Positions 1 through 11,689 of a stretch of DNA of 64,000 bases are shown piece by piece. The DNA comes from Octopus vulgaris (taxonomy: Eukaryota), in contig OX597816.1 in assembly GCA_951406725.2 (NCBI GenBank), positions 86,862,001 through 86,926,000 of the forward strand. The letters run 5' to 3'. Position 1 is the first letter of the stretch. Every line of letters starts with the position of its first letter. Both the position numbers and the translations under genes were made by a program. The notes beneath the pieces are model-generated. The model searched no databases. It was given only the letters and a program-made list of their open reading frames with translations, and was not told where the DNA came from.

Positions 1-235
1 AGGACACCTGGCTGATGATGTGTATGTATGTATATAATTTATACAGGTCTGTATGTATGGTTGAATGTATATCCCATGCATGAAAGGAAAAGTAGGTACT
101 GGTAACATTTAAGTTCAGAGTATAAATAGATACCAGGAATTTTTTGAAAAATATATTTCTCTTTTTTTCTTTATGTATTTGCCGATCGAAAAAGGGGTTT
201 CCTTCTAGCTGCTTTACCAAAATATTCAAGTACTA

Positions 236-300
236 GAAGTACTCTCCAAGGGGCAGACCGTCAATCGTCAGTTCTATTGCAAATCAGCTGCGTTACAACG
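236..300 (+). mobile_element. Tiny mariner transposase relic
   Basis: ctccaagggcagaccgtcaatcgtcagttctattgcaaa reads LQGQTVNRQFYCK, matching the mariner 'xGQTVNxxxY' motif also seen at 12022-12237. Confidence 0.4.
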
Positions 301-1058
301 GGGATTACTTTCAACAATCCGCCTGACAACCCGACCAAAATCCGCCCACAGTACGACCACAAAATTAAATAGAGTACATATGAAATTTTTCACAGTGTGT
401 ACAATAATTATGGATTAAAGTTTTGTGTTTCATATTTTTATAACCCGTTGGAATGAAAAAAGTGTTGAAAAATATAAATCTGACATAAGACCTGTTCGGC
501 TTACGACCTCATAGTCGAAACGCAACGCGTTCGTAAGTCGAAGAGAAGGTGAACAATACCAAGTCGGAAGCAACAGCTAGTGTCAACGAGGATAAAACGG
601 TAAAATGACAGGCTTCTTATTTATGTTTGAGATGTCTGTGTTTGTGCATCACAACACAGGAACAAAACGAATACATTGAAATTACAAGAGGCAAATGATT
701 TTGAAATGTATAATTTTTGCCTTTCTATTTTTACAACATCATGTCTTATACTAGCTGACTTGTACAGCGAAAATAAAATTTCAATTTAGAAATAGAATAA
801 GCGGAAGACTAACATTGAAATATACTTAGTTTACACGCACACACACACACGTGCATGCGCGCGCACACACACACGCAGACACACATACATATATGTATAT
901 ATATATATATATATATAGGTTATAAGAGGTAATGGTGTCATTGAAACCCAAAGGTGTCAGGTAATGCTGAATAAGTGCAATAGACAGACCATAGTTAAGT
1001 TCCAGGTTCGGTGATTGAGCGAATAAGGTGTTCAACGTTGGTCATATGTCAGCGTGTG

Positions 1059-1389
1059 TATATAAGAATTTTTTGCGTAATGACATAAAAAACCAAGGCT
1101 GTGTAGATATTAGAATATCTATAGATAGAAGGTCTTACTGCTGTTTTCAGGATATTTATTAATTATATCTCTTCATCGGAGTCGGTGTGAGAGGAGAGTT
1201 AATTTAGGATACAAAATACTCACTCTCTATTTTGTATCCTATCTAAATTAACTATTACTCAACCATCCTCTCACACCGTCTCCAATGAAGGGATATAATT
1301 AATAAATATCCTGGAAACAGCTGTAAGGCCTTCTTTCTATAAATGTTCTATCTACACAGCCTTGTTTTTTATCTCATTACGCAAAAAAT

Positions 1390-1396
<7 letters not shown>
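1059..1396. repeat. ~340-bp imperfect palindrome (inverted pair of a Penelope-like/retrozyme-like terminal repeat)
   Basis: 1059-1197 is the reverse complement of ~1265-1396; central hairpin taggatacaaaata/tattttgtatccta (1205-1241); abuts (TA)n. Confidence 0.85.
1278..1329 (+). ncRNA. Minimal type I hammerhead-ribozyme-like motif (degenerate core); inverted twin at 1132-1183 (-)
   Basis: gtct-CCAATGA-agggata..tatcctg-GAAAcagctGTA-aggc; twin reads gact-CCGATGA-agagata..tatcct-GAAAacagcaGTA-agac; palindromic stem III acagctgt. Confidence 0.6.
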
Positions 1397-1447
<51 letters not shown>

Positions 1448-2073
1448 GTTTAGCAAGACTATTAAGACATGTAACTGTTTAATTTTTATTTCAACTTATA
1501 TTTTCGTCTAAATAGTAAAATCATTAGAAATCTAGTTTTAGTTAATTTCTTTCAATTATCTTATTCATAATCCTTTTTAAATGTGGCTCTGAAAATCTCG
1601 TTCAATTAGTCAACCTCTGAATCATTCACTGTGACATCTATTTACAGTCACCATTTCAAAAACTTAAGGAAAGTTAAACCAATAATACGGGAGAAGGTGT
1701 AAAAATAAATTTGATTCTCTATATTACTAAAGTGGATCATGAAATTTTTTGAAGTGGGTTTTCATTTACCAACGCGTTAAAGTCATTTTGCTAATATTTA
1801 ATTAAATACCTAATGAAAATATTTAGTTAACTAAATAAGACAGCATTATAGAAAAATATGACAATTCTCATGTAGGCGAGTGTCAGTATGCATGTCTGCG
1901 TGGGTCTATGAATATAGTTGTGGGGGAGAGAGAGACACAGAGAGGGTGAATGAGTGAGTGAATGTGTAAACAGATAGATAGATATTGATTTCAATTTTGC
2001 TTTGAGAGAGGGTTAAACAGTTGATATACGCTTATGTGTGTATGTATGTATATATATATATATATATATATGA

Positions 2074-2074
2074 A

Positions 2075-2141
<67 letters not shown>

Positions 2142-2279
2142 TAGTTTTATTTTTATAGCGTGCTTTCACTTCACTACCGAGCGCAGCTCTGTGTGCCTTA
2201 GGTATGTGCTGTGATTTGTTGTGATGCTCTGATGGTTATTGTATGGAAAGTGTTCTGCGTTATTATTATTATTATTATA

Positions 2280-2360
<81 letters not shown>

Positions 2361-2379
2361 GTTATTATTATTATTATTA
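2074..2379. repeat. (TTA)n microsatellite split by a LINE 3' stub
   Basis: tta runs at 2074-2138 and 2261-2379. Confidence 0.95.
2139..2260 (-). mobile_element. 3' terminal stub of an R4/Dong-like non-LTR retrotransposon
   Basis: Minus strand reads RRTLSIQ*, similar to the LRRALSM* end of the RLE ORF at 31181, followed by a short UTR and (TAA)n; (TAA)n on both sides. Confidence 0.65.
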
Positions 2380-2556
2380 TGCAAGCCAGTTTGATACGGC
2401 CCCAAGCAACTTAATTTTCGTAAACTCGTCACATGAAAGCCTACAACACATTAGGTTTAATGTGGTCCGAATCAATCTATTGAAAGTTGTACTAAATATG
2501 TTCAGTACTTCTTTCGTTCGTTTGTTCACTCTGTTGTGTGTGTGTGTATGTACATA

Positions 2557-2890
2557 AGCACAGGCGTAGCTGTGTGGAGAAGCTTGCTCACCAACCATAT
2601 ATTTCCGGGTTCAGTCCCACTGACTGGCACCTTGGGCAAATGTCTTCTGCTATAGCCTCGGATTTGGTAGACTGACAGAAGCAGAAAGAAGTCCGTCGTA
2701 TATATATATATATATATATGTGAGGGGGGGGAGTTGTGGTTGTCCCGCCCGGCTATCGCTTAACAACCGATTTTGGCGTGTCAACGTTCCCCGTAACTTA
2801 GCGGTTCGGCAAAAATACCGATAGAATAAGTACTAGCCTTACCGAGAGCAAGTCCTGGGACTGATTTGTTTGACTAAAGGCGGTGCTCTA

Positions 2891-2894
<4 letters not shown>
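2557..2894 (+). mobile_element. tRNA-derived SINE, family A
   Basis: Head gcaggcgtagctgtgtgg...ggttcagtccc (A/B-box-like), internal microsatellite, tail taaaggcggtgctc; homologous to 53588-54028. Confidence 0.85.
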
Positions 2895-2961
<67 letters not shown>

Positions 2962-3131
2962 ATAGGATTTACCTTATTCGTATACGAGTAGGTATATATT
3001 TGTAAAAAATGAAGTTCGAAAATATATATATATTAGCATATTTTTATCTTATATAAAATAAATTAATTTATCTGCGTCAAATGTATTGAGTACCTTATTT
3101 ACTGTGGTTAACCCCGACTCAACCCGGGACC

Positions 3132-3180
<49 letters not shown>

Positions 3181-3720
3181 ATATGTGTGTATCCGTATTA
3201 TTTTATACATTAAACTGAAGAATTACTCAATGCTCCTTGTAGAGCAAATATTTATTTATCATTTTACAAGAACAGTGTTGATATTAACTTCGAAGTTCCT
3301 GCCTGTTTCGCCTTCATGTTTCTCTAAAACTTTTGAGTTCATCTTCACTTCATGGCATCCCTGTTGAGTTTTAAATTTCCGGGGCAGTTAGAATTCCATT
3401 GAATGATAATTAGGTTGCAGGGTAGGTTGTGATGGAAATCAATTAAAACCTCATTATATATACATACACGCACACATGTACACACTTATGCGTGTAAGAG
3501 TGTGTATGTGTTTGCGCGGGCGTACATATACATGGCTTTCCAAACGAACTGAGTCGGAATTTTTTTTAATACGCCAAAACCTGTAATTTCTTTATATACG
3601 TATGTTTTTAAGCATTGTGCGATTATGATTCTGCAAAAAATCATTTTTAGTTTTTACTTACTTTTGAAAATTTTCTGAGATTTATATTTTAAATAACCTG
3701 TTTGGATTAACTGTTTGTTA

Positions 3721-3852
3721 TAACCTATTCGAATGAAAATCTGATTTTCGCCAACAAACCACGTGTAGACATGGAAGGAGGAAATTGTGTTTTAATGTTT
3801 TTATAACCTGTTTGAATGAAAATCTGATTTTCGGCAACAAACCACGTGTAAA
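3721..3852 (+). repeat. ~50-bp direct repeat, two copies
   Basis: taacct(a/g)tt(c/t)gaatgaaaatctgattttcg(c/g)caacaaaccacgtgta at ~3721 and ~3805. Confidence 0.85.
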
Positions 3853-4234
3853 CATGAATAGAAGAAAATCACTACATCCCGTAGTTATCACAGTAAGTAC
3901 ACTCCAAACTGTATAAACAACAATATACACCCAGATTTGTATGTTGATAACATACTTCACACAAAGTCAAAAGAAAGCACACTACTTCGTGTGAGAGAAC
4001 ACCGTAACGTACATTATAAAAACACTCTGGACATTGACTCCATTTTTAACCACATACACTTTTTAATGATATATACGCGTGCAGAGCTTTCTGTATACAC
4101 ACACACACACACACAGTACTTAGGAAAACGGAAACAAAACAAGCAACAAAAAAAAACGTTTTATTTATCTCGTTAATAAGTGCGCTAAACTTACGCAGCA
4201 TAACTATTTGTTTACAGTTTTTTCTACTGTACAG

Positions 4235-4564
4235 ATGGACAGACAGAACAAAATTGCTACGGTGACATCCATGGATGAAGGGTGTGATAAAACTGGTCGA
4301 TGTTCCAAAATAGAACAGTGTCCAGAAAATCACATCTGTCGTCTTTGTACAAAACTCGAGAACTCCAAACGAAATCGATGGGTTGAATGTGGTAAATGTC
4401 CTGTTTCTGTTTGCCTTCAATGTGCCAGAAAATTTCGAAAGATCCCAGGTCAAAAAAAGAGGCACCATATTTCTATGATGGATGAACTCTGGGAAATGGT
4501 CCAGCTACCAAATTTCAGTGCCTGGCCTATATGTCTGTTGAACAACAACAACAACAAAAATTGA
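4235..4564 (+). pseudogene. Cys-rich (PHD-finger- or piggyBac-CRD-like) ORF; candidate exon or transposon relic
   Basis: CRLC...WVECGKCPVSVCLQC motif; ATG immediately after an acceptor-like ttttctactgtacag; non-microsatellite sequence. Confidence 0.35.
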
Positions 4565-4974
4565 CGATCGTGTCTTCCTTTAACATTGCTGCTGAACAAC
4601 GACAAAAACCGACCACCGTAACTTCCATCACTGATAATGTCTTTAGCCACTGGATCCTATAAAGGAGCAGCTGAGGTAGCGAACCACGAAACTTGGTTAG
4701 AATTCCTCTGGGAGTAAAGAATGTGGTGGGGAGAGAAGGTTTTGTATTGAAATTGGCTGAGAGATGAATTTATGCTGGGGGTCATTTGCGGTTCTGTTGA
4801 GGGATAGGTAAGTAAACATATTGTAGCATTCAACAAAGTCAGTTAAAGAGAGTCAAAAGGATGAAAATGGAGTGGTATTTGAAATGGCTAGCGTGGGGAG
4901 TGAGGGAAGGTTGTGGAGGATAATGTAATTTTGTCAAAATAGTTTGGCCCGTCGAGTTGTTTGTAGCTATTCAA

Positions 4975-5807
4975 TTTTAGAATTCCGCGTTAGCCGTTTG
5001 GTTCCGTTCAAGCATTTCGTAATGGATAATCCCTTCCTAGTTCCACCATACAGACAATATCGTTTTACGCGGATGAAGATCTTGTTTTACGCGCGGTGTC
5101 GCTTGTTTACCGAGGCCAGGCTATTCCTTACGCTGCTTCATATTGATGTACAAGCACCATTTTCCGTCGCCAGTAACGATTCGGTAAAGAAATCGTTGCT
5201 TGTGTCCATGAGTTGAGCGGTGTTGAGCAAGCAAACCAGCGGAAATTGTGGCTCGTTGATTTTTGCTGTTTTCACTTAAAGCATGCGGATCCCATTTTCC
5301 ATACTTCTGAAGCTTTCCCATCGGGTGAAGATGCTTCTCTATAGCAGCGTGGGAGCATTCCATTTTCTGTGCCAGTTCCCTTGTTGTTTGACGAGAATTA
5401 TCGTACAAAAATTGGCTTAATCGCTCTTCATCGAACTGAACTGAACGGCCCGAATGAGGTGCGTCTTTGAGATCAAAATTTCCATTTTTGAACTTGGAAT
5501 GCTAATTACGAGCAGTTCTTTCAGCTATAGCACCTTCTCCATACACAGCACAAATATCGACCTTAGAACCTTGATTAAAAGCAAAATGGAGGTGTCGAAA
5601 ATGCTCGTTTTCCTTAACCTGACATTCCATTTTAATGATCTGAAAATAAACAAAAATTAATTAATATTAACTAGAAAAAAGAAACAAAATAGATTCTAAA
5701 ATGATTAAAAAATAGAATTCTCAAAAAAAAAACAAATTCCAAAATTTAAAAACGCAATAAATTCCAAAATTTAAAAATACGACAGGAACTTCGTTGCCAA
5801 CCCAATA
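4975..5807 (-). mobile_element. mariner transposon, 5' half (pseudogenised transposase plus one TIR)
   Basis: TIR tattgggttggcaacgaagt (5807 downward); peptides 'FDLKDAPHSGR', 'WDPHALSE', 'RIVTGDGKW', 'LHPRKTILSVWW'; stops and frameshifts. Confidence 0.9.
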
Positions 5808-5989
5808 TTATTTCGTTCGTTTAAACAATAAGTGGATAAGTGCATAATGGAGAAAATAAGTGCATAATAGAGAAAACTTCAATGATGCAGAGATCACACA
5901 TGTTATAGCCATTGTTCGGTTTACCGTGGGTGACTCACCGTTTTTACGCATTTCAATTGAGTCCCTAACGAGTTAACACGGGATCTCCC

Positions 5990-6122
5990 GACGACAATGT
6001 AAACTTCATATAATCAAGGTATCCTTGGCCTGAAGAGAAGCTTGCGCTCTACTCCTCGTTGGAATAATTAACTACTTGCGAGGTTCCGCTAGTTATGAAA
6101 CATATGTAACCTAGATTTTATC
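5990..6122 (+). repeat. Dispersed repeat carrying a hammerhead-like motif (second copy at 22283-22410)
   Basis: CTGAAGA (6030) ... GAAAcatatGTA (6097-6108); both copies share acgacaatgtaa...aggtatc...tagatttta. Confidence 0.55.
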
Positions 6123-6226
6123 CACTCCATTCCCTAATTTTTGAATATATATACATACACACACACACACACACACTATATATATATATATATATCATCG
6201 GACACTCTCTTTCTCGCACTCTCTCT

Positions 6227-6259
<33 letters not shown>

Positions 6260-6267
6260 TTGTTCGT

Positions 6268-6269
6268 AT

Positions 6270-6365
<96 letters not shown>
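6268..6365. repeat. (GATA)n/(GACA)n microsatellite
   Basis: Direct reading of the sequence. Confidence 0.95.
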
Positions 6366-6704
6366 CAGACATTAAGTCATTAGGTAGGAAAAATAGAAAT
6401 ACTATTATTTATTTATTTGAAAGTTTTGGAAAATAAATTTTTGAATGAAGATGTATGTCTGTCTCACAACAAGACTCAAACGAAATCAAAATAGTCAGAT
6501 AAATATTGAAAAATATAATGACGTAAAAACAGTGAAGAGAACTTTGGATGAGATGCAATTTCCTGGCTGTCGTTTCATTTCATCACGCTACAAAAATTCG
6601 AAAATGTAAGATTATTCGTTTCAGTAATTCAGGAAAACCAATTTTTTGGTTTTTTTTTTTACATCCCTCTCATTTTTAACTACACTGCTTTCACAAAACT
6701 GTTT

Positions 6705-7540
6705 CATTACAATCAATACTGTATTATGTCATTATACAACCAGTACAGACGTCTTCTCACGAAAACGACCTGTCTGCTTTTTTCATTACCGCCAATACTA
6801 AGCTGCGTCAGTTTGGCAAGTAACAACTGCTGAGCAGTCATTACAATCACTGAGCTGTAACAATACAAAATGCTGAGGTGTTTTATTACACCCTCTTGTA
6901 TGCTGAGTAGCTACAATCACCAATTAACGGTTTCAATATGACTATCGGTGTACATAAATGCCGTATCATTAAAATAACAAGTGATCTGTTTCCTTACAAG
7001 CTCCATCACGAGTTGTGTTATTACAAATACTTGTAAGGTCTCATTACAATCATCAGTCAGGTTTATTACGTTCATAACTGAAGTGTATCATTACGTTATA
7101 CGCACCGCTGATCTATTACATTACAATCGACACAAATTTGTGTCGTTACAAATTATGCTTAGGTGTGTCATTACACAAACGTATGACTATATCTTAATAG
7201 TAATTGCTGAGTGTATTACAGCCATTATTATGCTGTATCATTAAAACCAAATCTAGAGCTATATCATTACAACCATTTCTAAGTACTCCTTACAATCATA
7301 GATGATCTCTAACATTCGATCCAACACTGACATGTGCCATTACAACCAGCAATGAGGAGACTCATTACATAACACACGGAAAGGTTCCAATACAATACAC
7401 GTCACATATGTTAAAAGTGGTTTCATTTAAAGATGTACTAGCCTATTTCATTACAACCATCAACTAGTTCTGTCATTACAACCAAGATTGAGTAGCATCA
7501 TTACAACCACCACCACCGAGCTATGTTATTGCAACCACTT
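6705..7540 (+). repeat. Degenerate ~25-bp tandem array, consensus ~cattacaaccaNNactgagctgtgt, about 30 units
   Basis: cattacaa/tattacaa core recurs every ~22-30 bp with variable intervening sequence. Confidence 0.8.
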
Positions 7541-7790
7541 TTGTACCATATCAACTTACTTAACACCGGGTGGTGATTCTCCTAGTTTAGGGCGCTGCCC
7601 CTCATATCACACCTTGATCAAAGAGTGAGAGTGGCTTTCGGTAAAAACGTGTAATCATCGGCGTGGTGTTTATTGCAAGACACCTTCAAGAGAACTGCCA
7701 GGAATAGAATCCTGATTTCATTTATATATAGATGCAGGTGTTGTGTGGTAAAATGGTTGCTTCGCATTATGTATATATATATATATATAT

Positions 7791-8165
7791 ATACTCTTTT
7801 ACTCTTTTACTCTTTTACTTGTTTCAGTCATTTGACTGCGGCCATGCTGGAGCACCACCTTTTAGTACTTATTCTATCGGTCTCTTTTTGCCGAACCGCT
7901 AAGTGACGGGGACGTAAACACACCAGCATCGATTGTCAAGCAATGCTAGGGGGACAAACACAGACACACAAACACACACACATATACATATATATACATA
8001 TATACGACAGGCTTCTTTCAGTTTCCGTCTACCAAATCCACTCACAAGGCATTGGTCGGCCCGGGGCTATAGCAGAAGACACTTGCCCAAGATGCCACGC
8101 AGTGGGACTGAACCCGCAACCGTGTGGTTGGTTAGCAAGCTACTTACCACACAGCCACTCCTGCG

Positions 8166-8168
<3 letters not shown>
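7791..8168 (-). mobile_element. SINE family A, near full length
   Basis: Reverse complement of ggcgcaggagtggctgtgtggtaagtagcttgc...; tail gactgaaacaagtaaaagagtaaaagag. Confidence 0.9.
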
Positions 8169-8263
<95 letters not shown>

Positions 8264-8277
8264 TAGCCCTAAAACCC

Positions 8278-8338
8278 TTCAAAGTAGTGCTCCAGCATGG
8301 CCGCATTCAAATGACTGAAACAAGTAAAAGAATAAAAA
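8278..8338 (+). mobile_element. SINE family A tail fragment
   Basis: gtgctccagcatggccgcattcaaatgactgaaacaagtaaaag. Confidence 0.75.
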
Positions 8339-8344
8339 ATATGT

Positions 8345-8394
<50 letters not shown>

Positions 8395-11300
8395 TAGAAG
8401 TAAAACCGCATGGTTTAGAAGTTTTTGTATAGCGTACCTTAATACTAAATGCAAAAGCTTTCTATAGACTATTATAAAAAATAGATCAAAATCAGAAGAC
8501 ATTTATGAATAGGTTATAATATATGGAAGAAAAATAATCATCACAGTCGAAAGGCACAATAGATCAGAAATGAAATGGTGAAGGTCGATTGAAAGCACCA
8601 AGAACTCGGTTCATCCTCTCTAGCAAAGTGTTTTGCAACGTGATAAACGCTAAAAAATATGTGATCCCTCACTGAATAGTTAATATAGACGAGAACAATA
8701 AAACAAGAAATAAACAGAATCTCCTCATACTGGAGCACAAGACACCGAAAGATTCCTGACAATATTTTCTACATGTGACGAGAAAAAATTGAACCACTCC
8801 TCCGGATATTGTTGATTAACTCGTCATATCTTAATATTATTTTAGCTGAAAGTCTCACACTTGCATGTCTTATATTCTGGCCGTAGTTGGTTTTTAGTAA
8901 TTACTACCTCTGAGCAATATCCGTTCCACCGCATCTGCGATAGTATATTTATAATTGCTGATTGTCATTGCATCGCGATCGTCATCTACATGTTGCTTCT
9001 TATATAGTCACTTTCTATGTCACTTGAGCGGGTATTTTGCTCATAATTTTTCTCTGTGACTATGCCGCGGTCTCAGCGTGGAAGATAAAGGAGACACTTC
9101 AATAGTTTTCGCTATTTCACTCTATATACAAAGCACCTTTCCAGACATCATTGATAGCTTCCCTTAACTGAAATGTGAGAACTGAACTGGCCCTTTCCCC
9201 TTTTCCCGTTTCTGAATATGATTTTCAGGTAACTAATACAGTTCTCATGAAAACAAATTAGTCGCGTGTGCAGATCTGGTTGAGTTCATATGGAATGACT
9301 CGATAGTGTTTTGTTCTTTTTCTGAGATTTGAAATGGAAATCGAGTGACGGTGGCTCCAGAGTAATTTCCTTCATAGGTGCGTTTTTCACTTGGCAACAA
9401 TTGTGTTTCTGTGTAGGTGTCAATGTTATCACTGTTGCTTTAGCTTAAGGCATTCACAGAATCACATTATTTTTGTCTTGATACAAGATCTTTTTCTCAC
9501 ATCATGCGTACTGTTGTAAAGCCTGTATCTTAGTGTTTTTATTCTATGCATTCGTTGAAATGTTTTCGTTTGTCTTTCCATTTTCTTCGATAAGCATAGC
9601 TTTGTTGACTAGTTCTTATTACGAATGCTGTCAAACTTAGAACCGACAAAAACCTTCGAATAAATTTAGAATAAAATTTGTTTTTTACGAAGAAAAATTA
9701 AATATAAATATTTGTCTTCTAGCATAGGCCTAATGGATAAAAACCATGTAATAATATTAATCCAATTCCTTGTACAACAGAAGGTGTTATTACCCGCACA
9801 ACTTCAGGTCGAATAAAAGAAAAGAAAATATTCTGCATAATACCTTCTTTTGTTTTGAATAATAAAACTGAAACTTTTTGCACATAGGCTTCTACGCATA
9901 AAACATTATCTAACTTTTTTAAATTCTTGGGAAAACATTTCTCCAGGAATAAACAAGTGGGAAGAAAAATACGTTAGTTCTTGCTAAATGCAAAAGTAAT
10001 AATTATTGTTTCCAACACAGGCACACAGCTAAATACGCTGCAGGAGGAGTATAAGCCGATTAAATTGTCCCGTTCTTCGCTTGTGTTTCAATAAAACACA
10101 AAGTTATCTACCATTGGGGAATAAAAGGGCTAAGCTGACCTCAATAGAAATTGTAATCTTTATGCAATGCACCAGCTCGGTATATGCTTTCACTTCGACT
10201 TCAATTTTTACTATTTTAAAGATTTTAACAAAACTAGTCAACAGTATATTATTCGTTAGGGTTCATGACTTCTTGCCAATGTTCCACTACCGTGTCAATG
10301 CCTTGACAGAATAAATCACCGGATCTTCACCAATAGAAGATATAGCATACATTGGCTAGGGTTGCCTGCACTTGCTTTTTCGAGGACACAAGTAGAACTA
10401 CAGCATCTATGGATCAGCAGCGAAAAGTTATTTACTATCAACTACATTATTACATAATGGAATTATGGATGCTCAGCCATACCTCCATTATGGTATGTAT
10501 ACACACATACCATAATATTAAGTTATTTCCAGCGAAAAAATGAATACTAGAAACAGTTTCTCAGGGTATTTTTCAACGTGAACCGTCCATGTCACCACTT
10601 GGTGAAATGCGTGTTGCTATTGCCTCAAGGTGAAGAAAGTGACTGTGTTTGCATGTACGTATTTTCAGTATTATTAGTTTTCATGGTTCTGTTGTTATTG
10701 CTATCGTTATTTGCGATATCATAGCGAATGTCTATTTGAACGACAGTGTATTGTCTCTCATAAAAATCATATTTTTTCTCTTGTAAAAGATATTTATTAT
10801 GTTGAAGAATTAACTGTGTCATTTGTTGTTTAAATTTTATTTTATTATGTCTGCAAAAAACGTTTTTCTTACATTTGGAACGTTTTGAGGGGAGGTGTTT
10901 TTAAAAGCTATAGCCGTCTTGTTTTTTATTATTTTTTTGTGGGAGTTATGTTTGTGTGTGTTTGTGCATGTAGTGTGTTTTTGTTTGTGTGTGTGTCCGC
11001 GCGCATGCGTGTGTGAGAGAGAGCGAGTCGTAAAAATAAAAACGAAAATGTTTCCCCTAAAATTAAAGTCGTTTTTTGCCTGACAGGGAAGTTTTAATGC
11101 TTTCGCGAAATACAAACAAAAAAGAAAAACAATAATATTAATAATATATTCAGTTTATTTGCCAAAAGAACCTAAACATTCATTAAAACAACGCGTCAGA
11201 AAAAAAGTTACTAATGAGCGACAGTGCACACATGTCATTATATAAAAATTAGTGATAGATTTTATGGTGTGTTATTAAGACAATAAACACTGGTAAATTA

Positions 11301-11439
11301 CGAAAATAAATAAGACAAAATAAACCATACATGCATATATGCATGAATGTGTGTGTGTGTGCGTGTGTATATATATATAGTATATAGTATATAAGAGGGT
11401 CGAAAGAACTTACTGTCGCATAGCAAGATGGGAATGAGA

Positions 11440-11650
11440 CAATTGATATATTTAATCCAGATAATATTATCTCCTGTTATTCAGAACATAATCTGATCTA
11501 TTTGGCAACGTGTTAATCTCTGAGGCATAAAATCATCTAGGTTTCGAATCAAAGAAATGCTTAATATCATTTCCAAACACTTCAAAATTGATAAACTATT
11601 TTCAATCTAACTAATGATTTGAAAATGTGATAGAGGAGAGTCAGGAGATT
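11440..11650 (-). mobile_element. mariner transposase C-terminal relic
   Basis: Minus strand reads SPD..YHIFKS..DIKHFFDSKPR*FYASEINTLPNR, matching the mariner C-terminus pattern FFxSKPxxFYxxGIxxLPxRW. Confidence 0.65.
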
Positions 11651-11689
11651 ATGAAGATGAAGTAAAACTCATGAGATGGCAGCACACGG

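Noticed and set aside
826-1035. GIY-YIG C-terminus-like 'LTPLGFN'
   Set aside because: Motif too short, and its position relative to the hammerhead motif is not the expected one.
6705-7540. CRISPR array
   Set aside because: The core is only ~8 bp and imperfect, the spacers are mutually related, there are no cas genes, and the context is eukaryotic.
7634-7665. ccgatga...ccgaaag hammerhead-like motif on the - strand
   Set aside because: Stems II and III do not pair convincingly.
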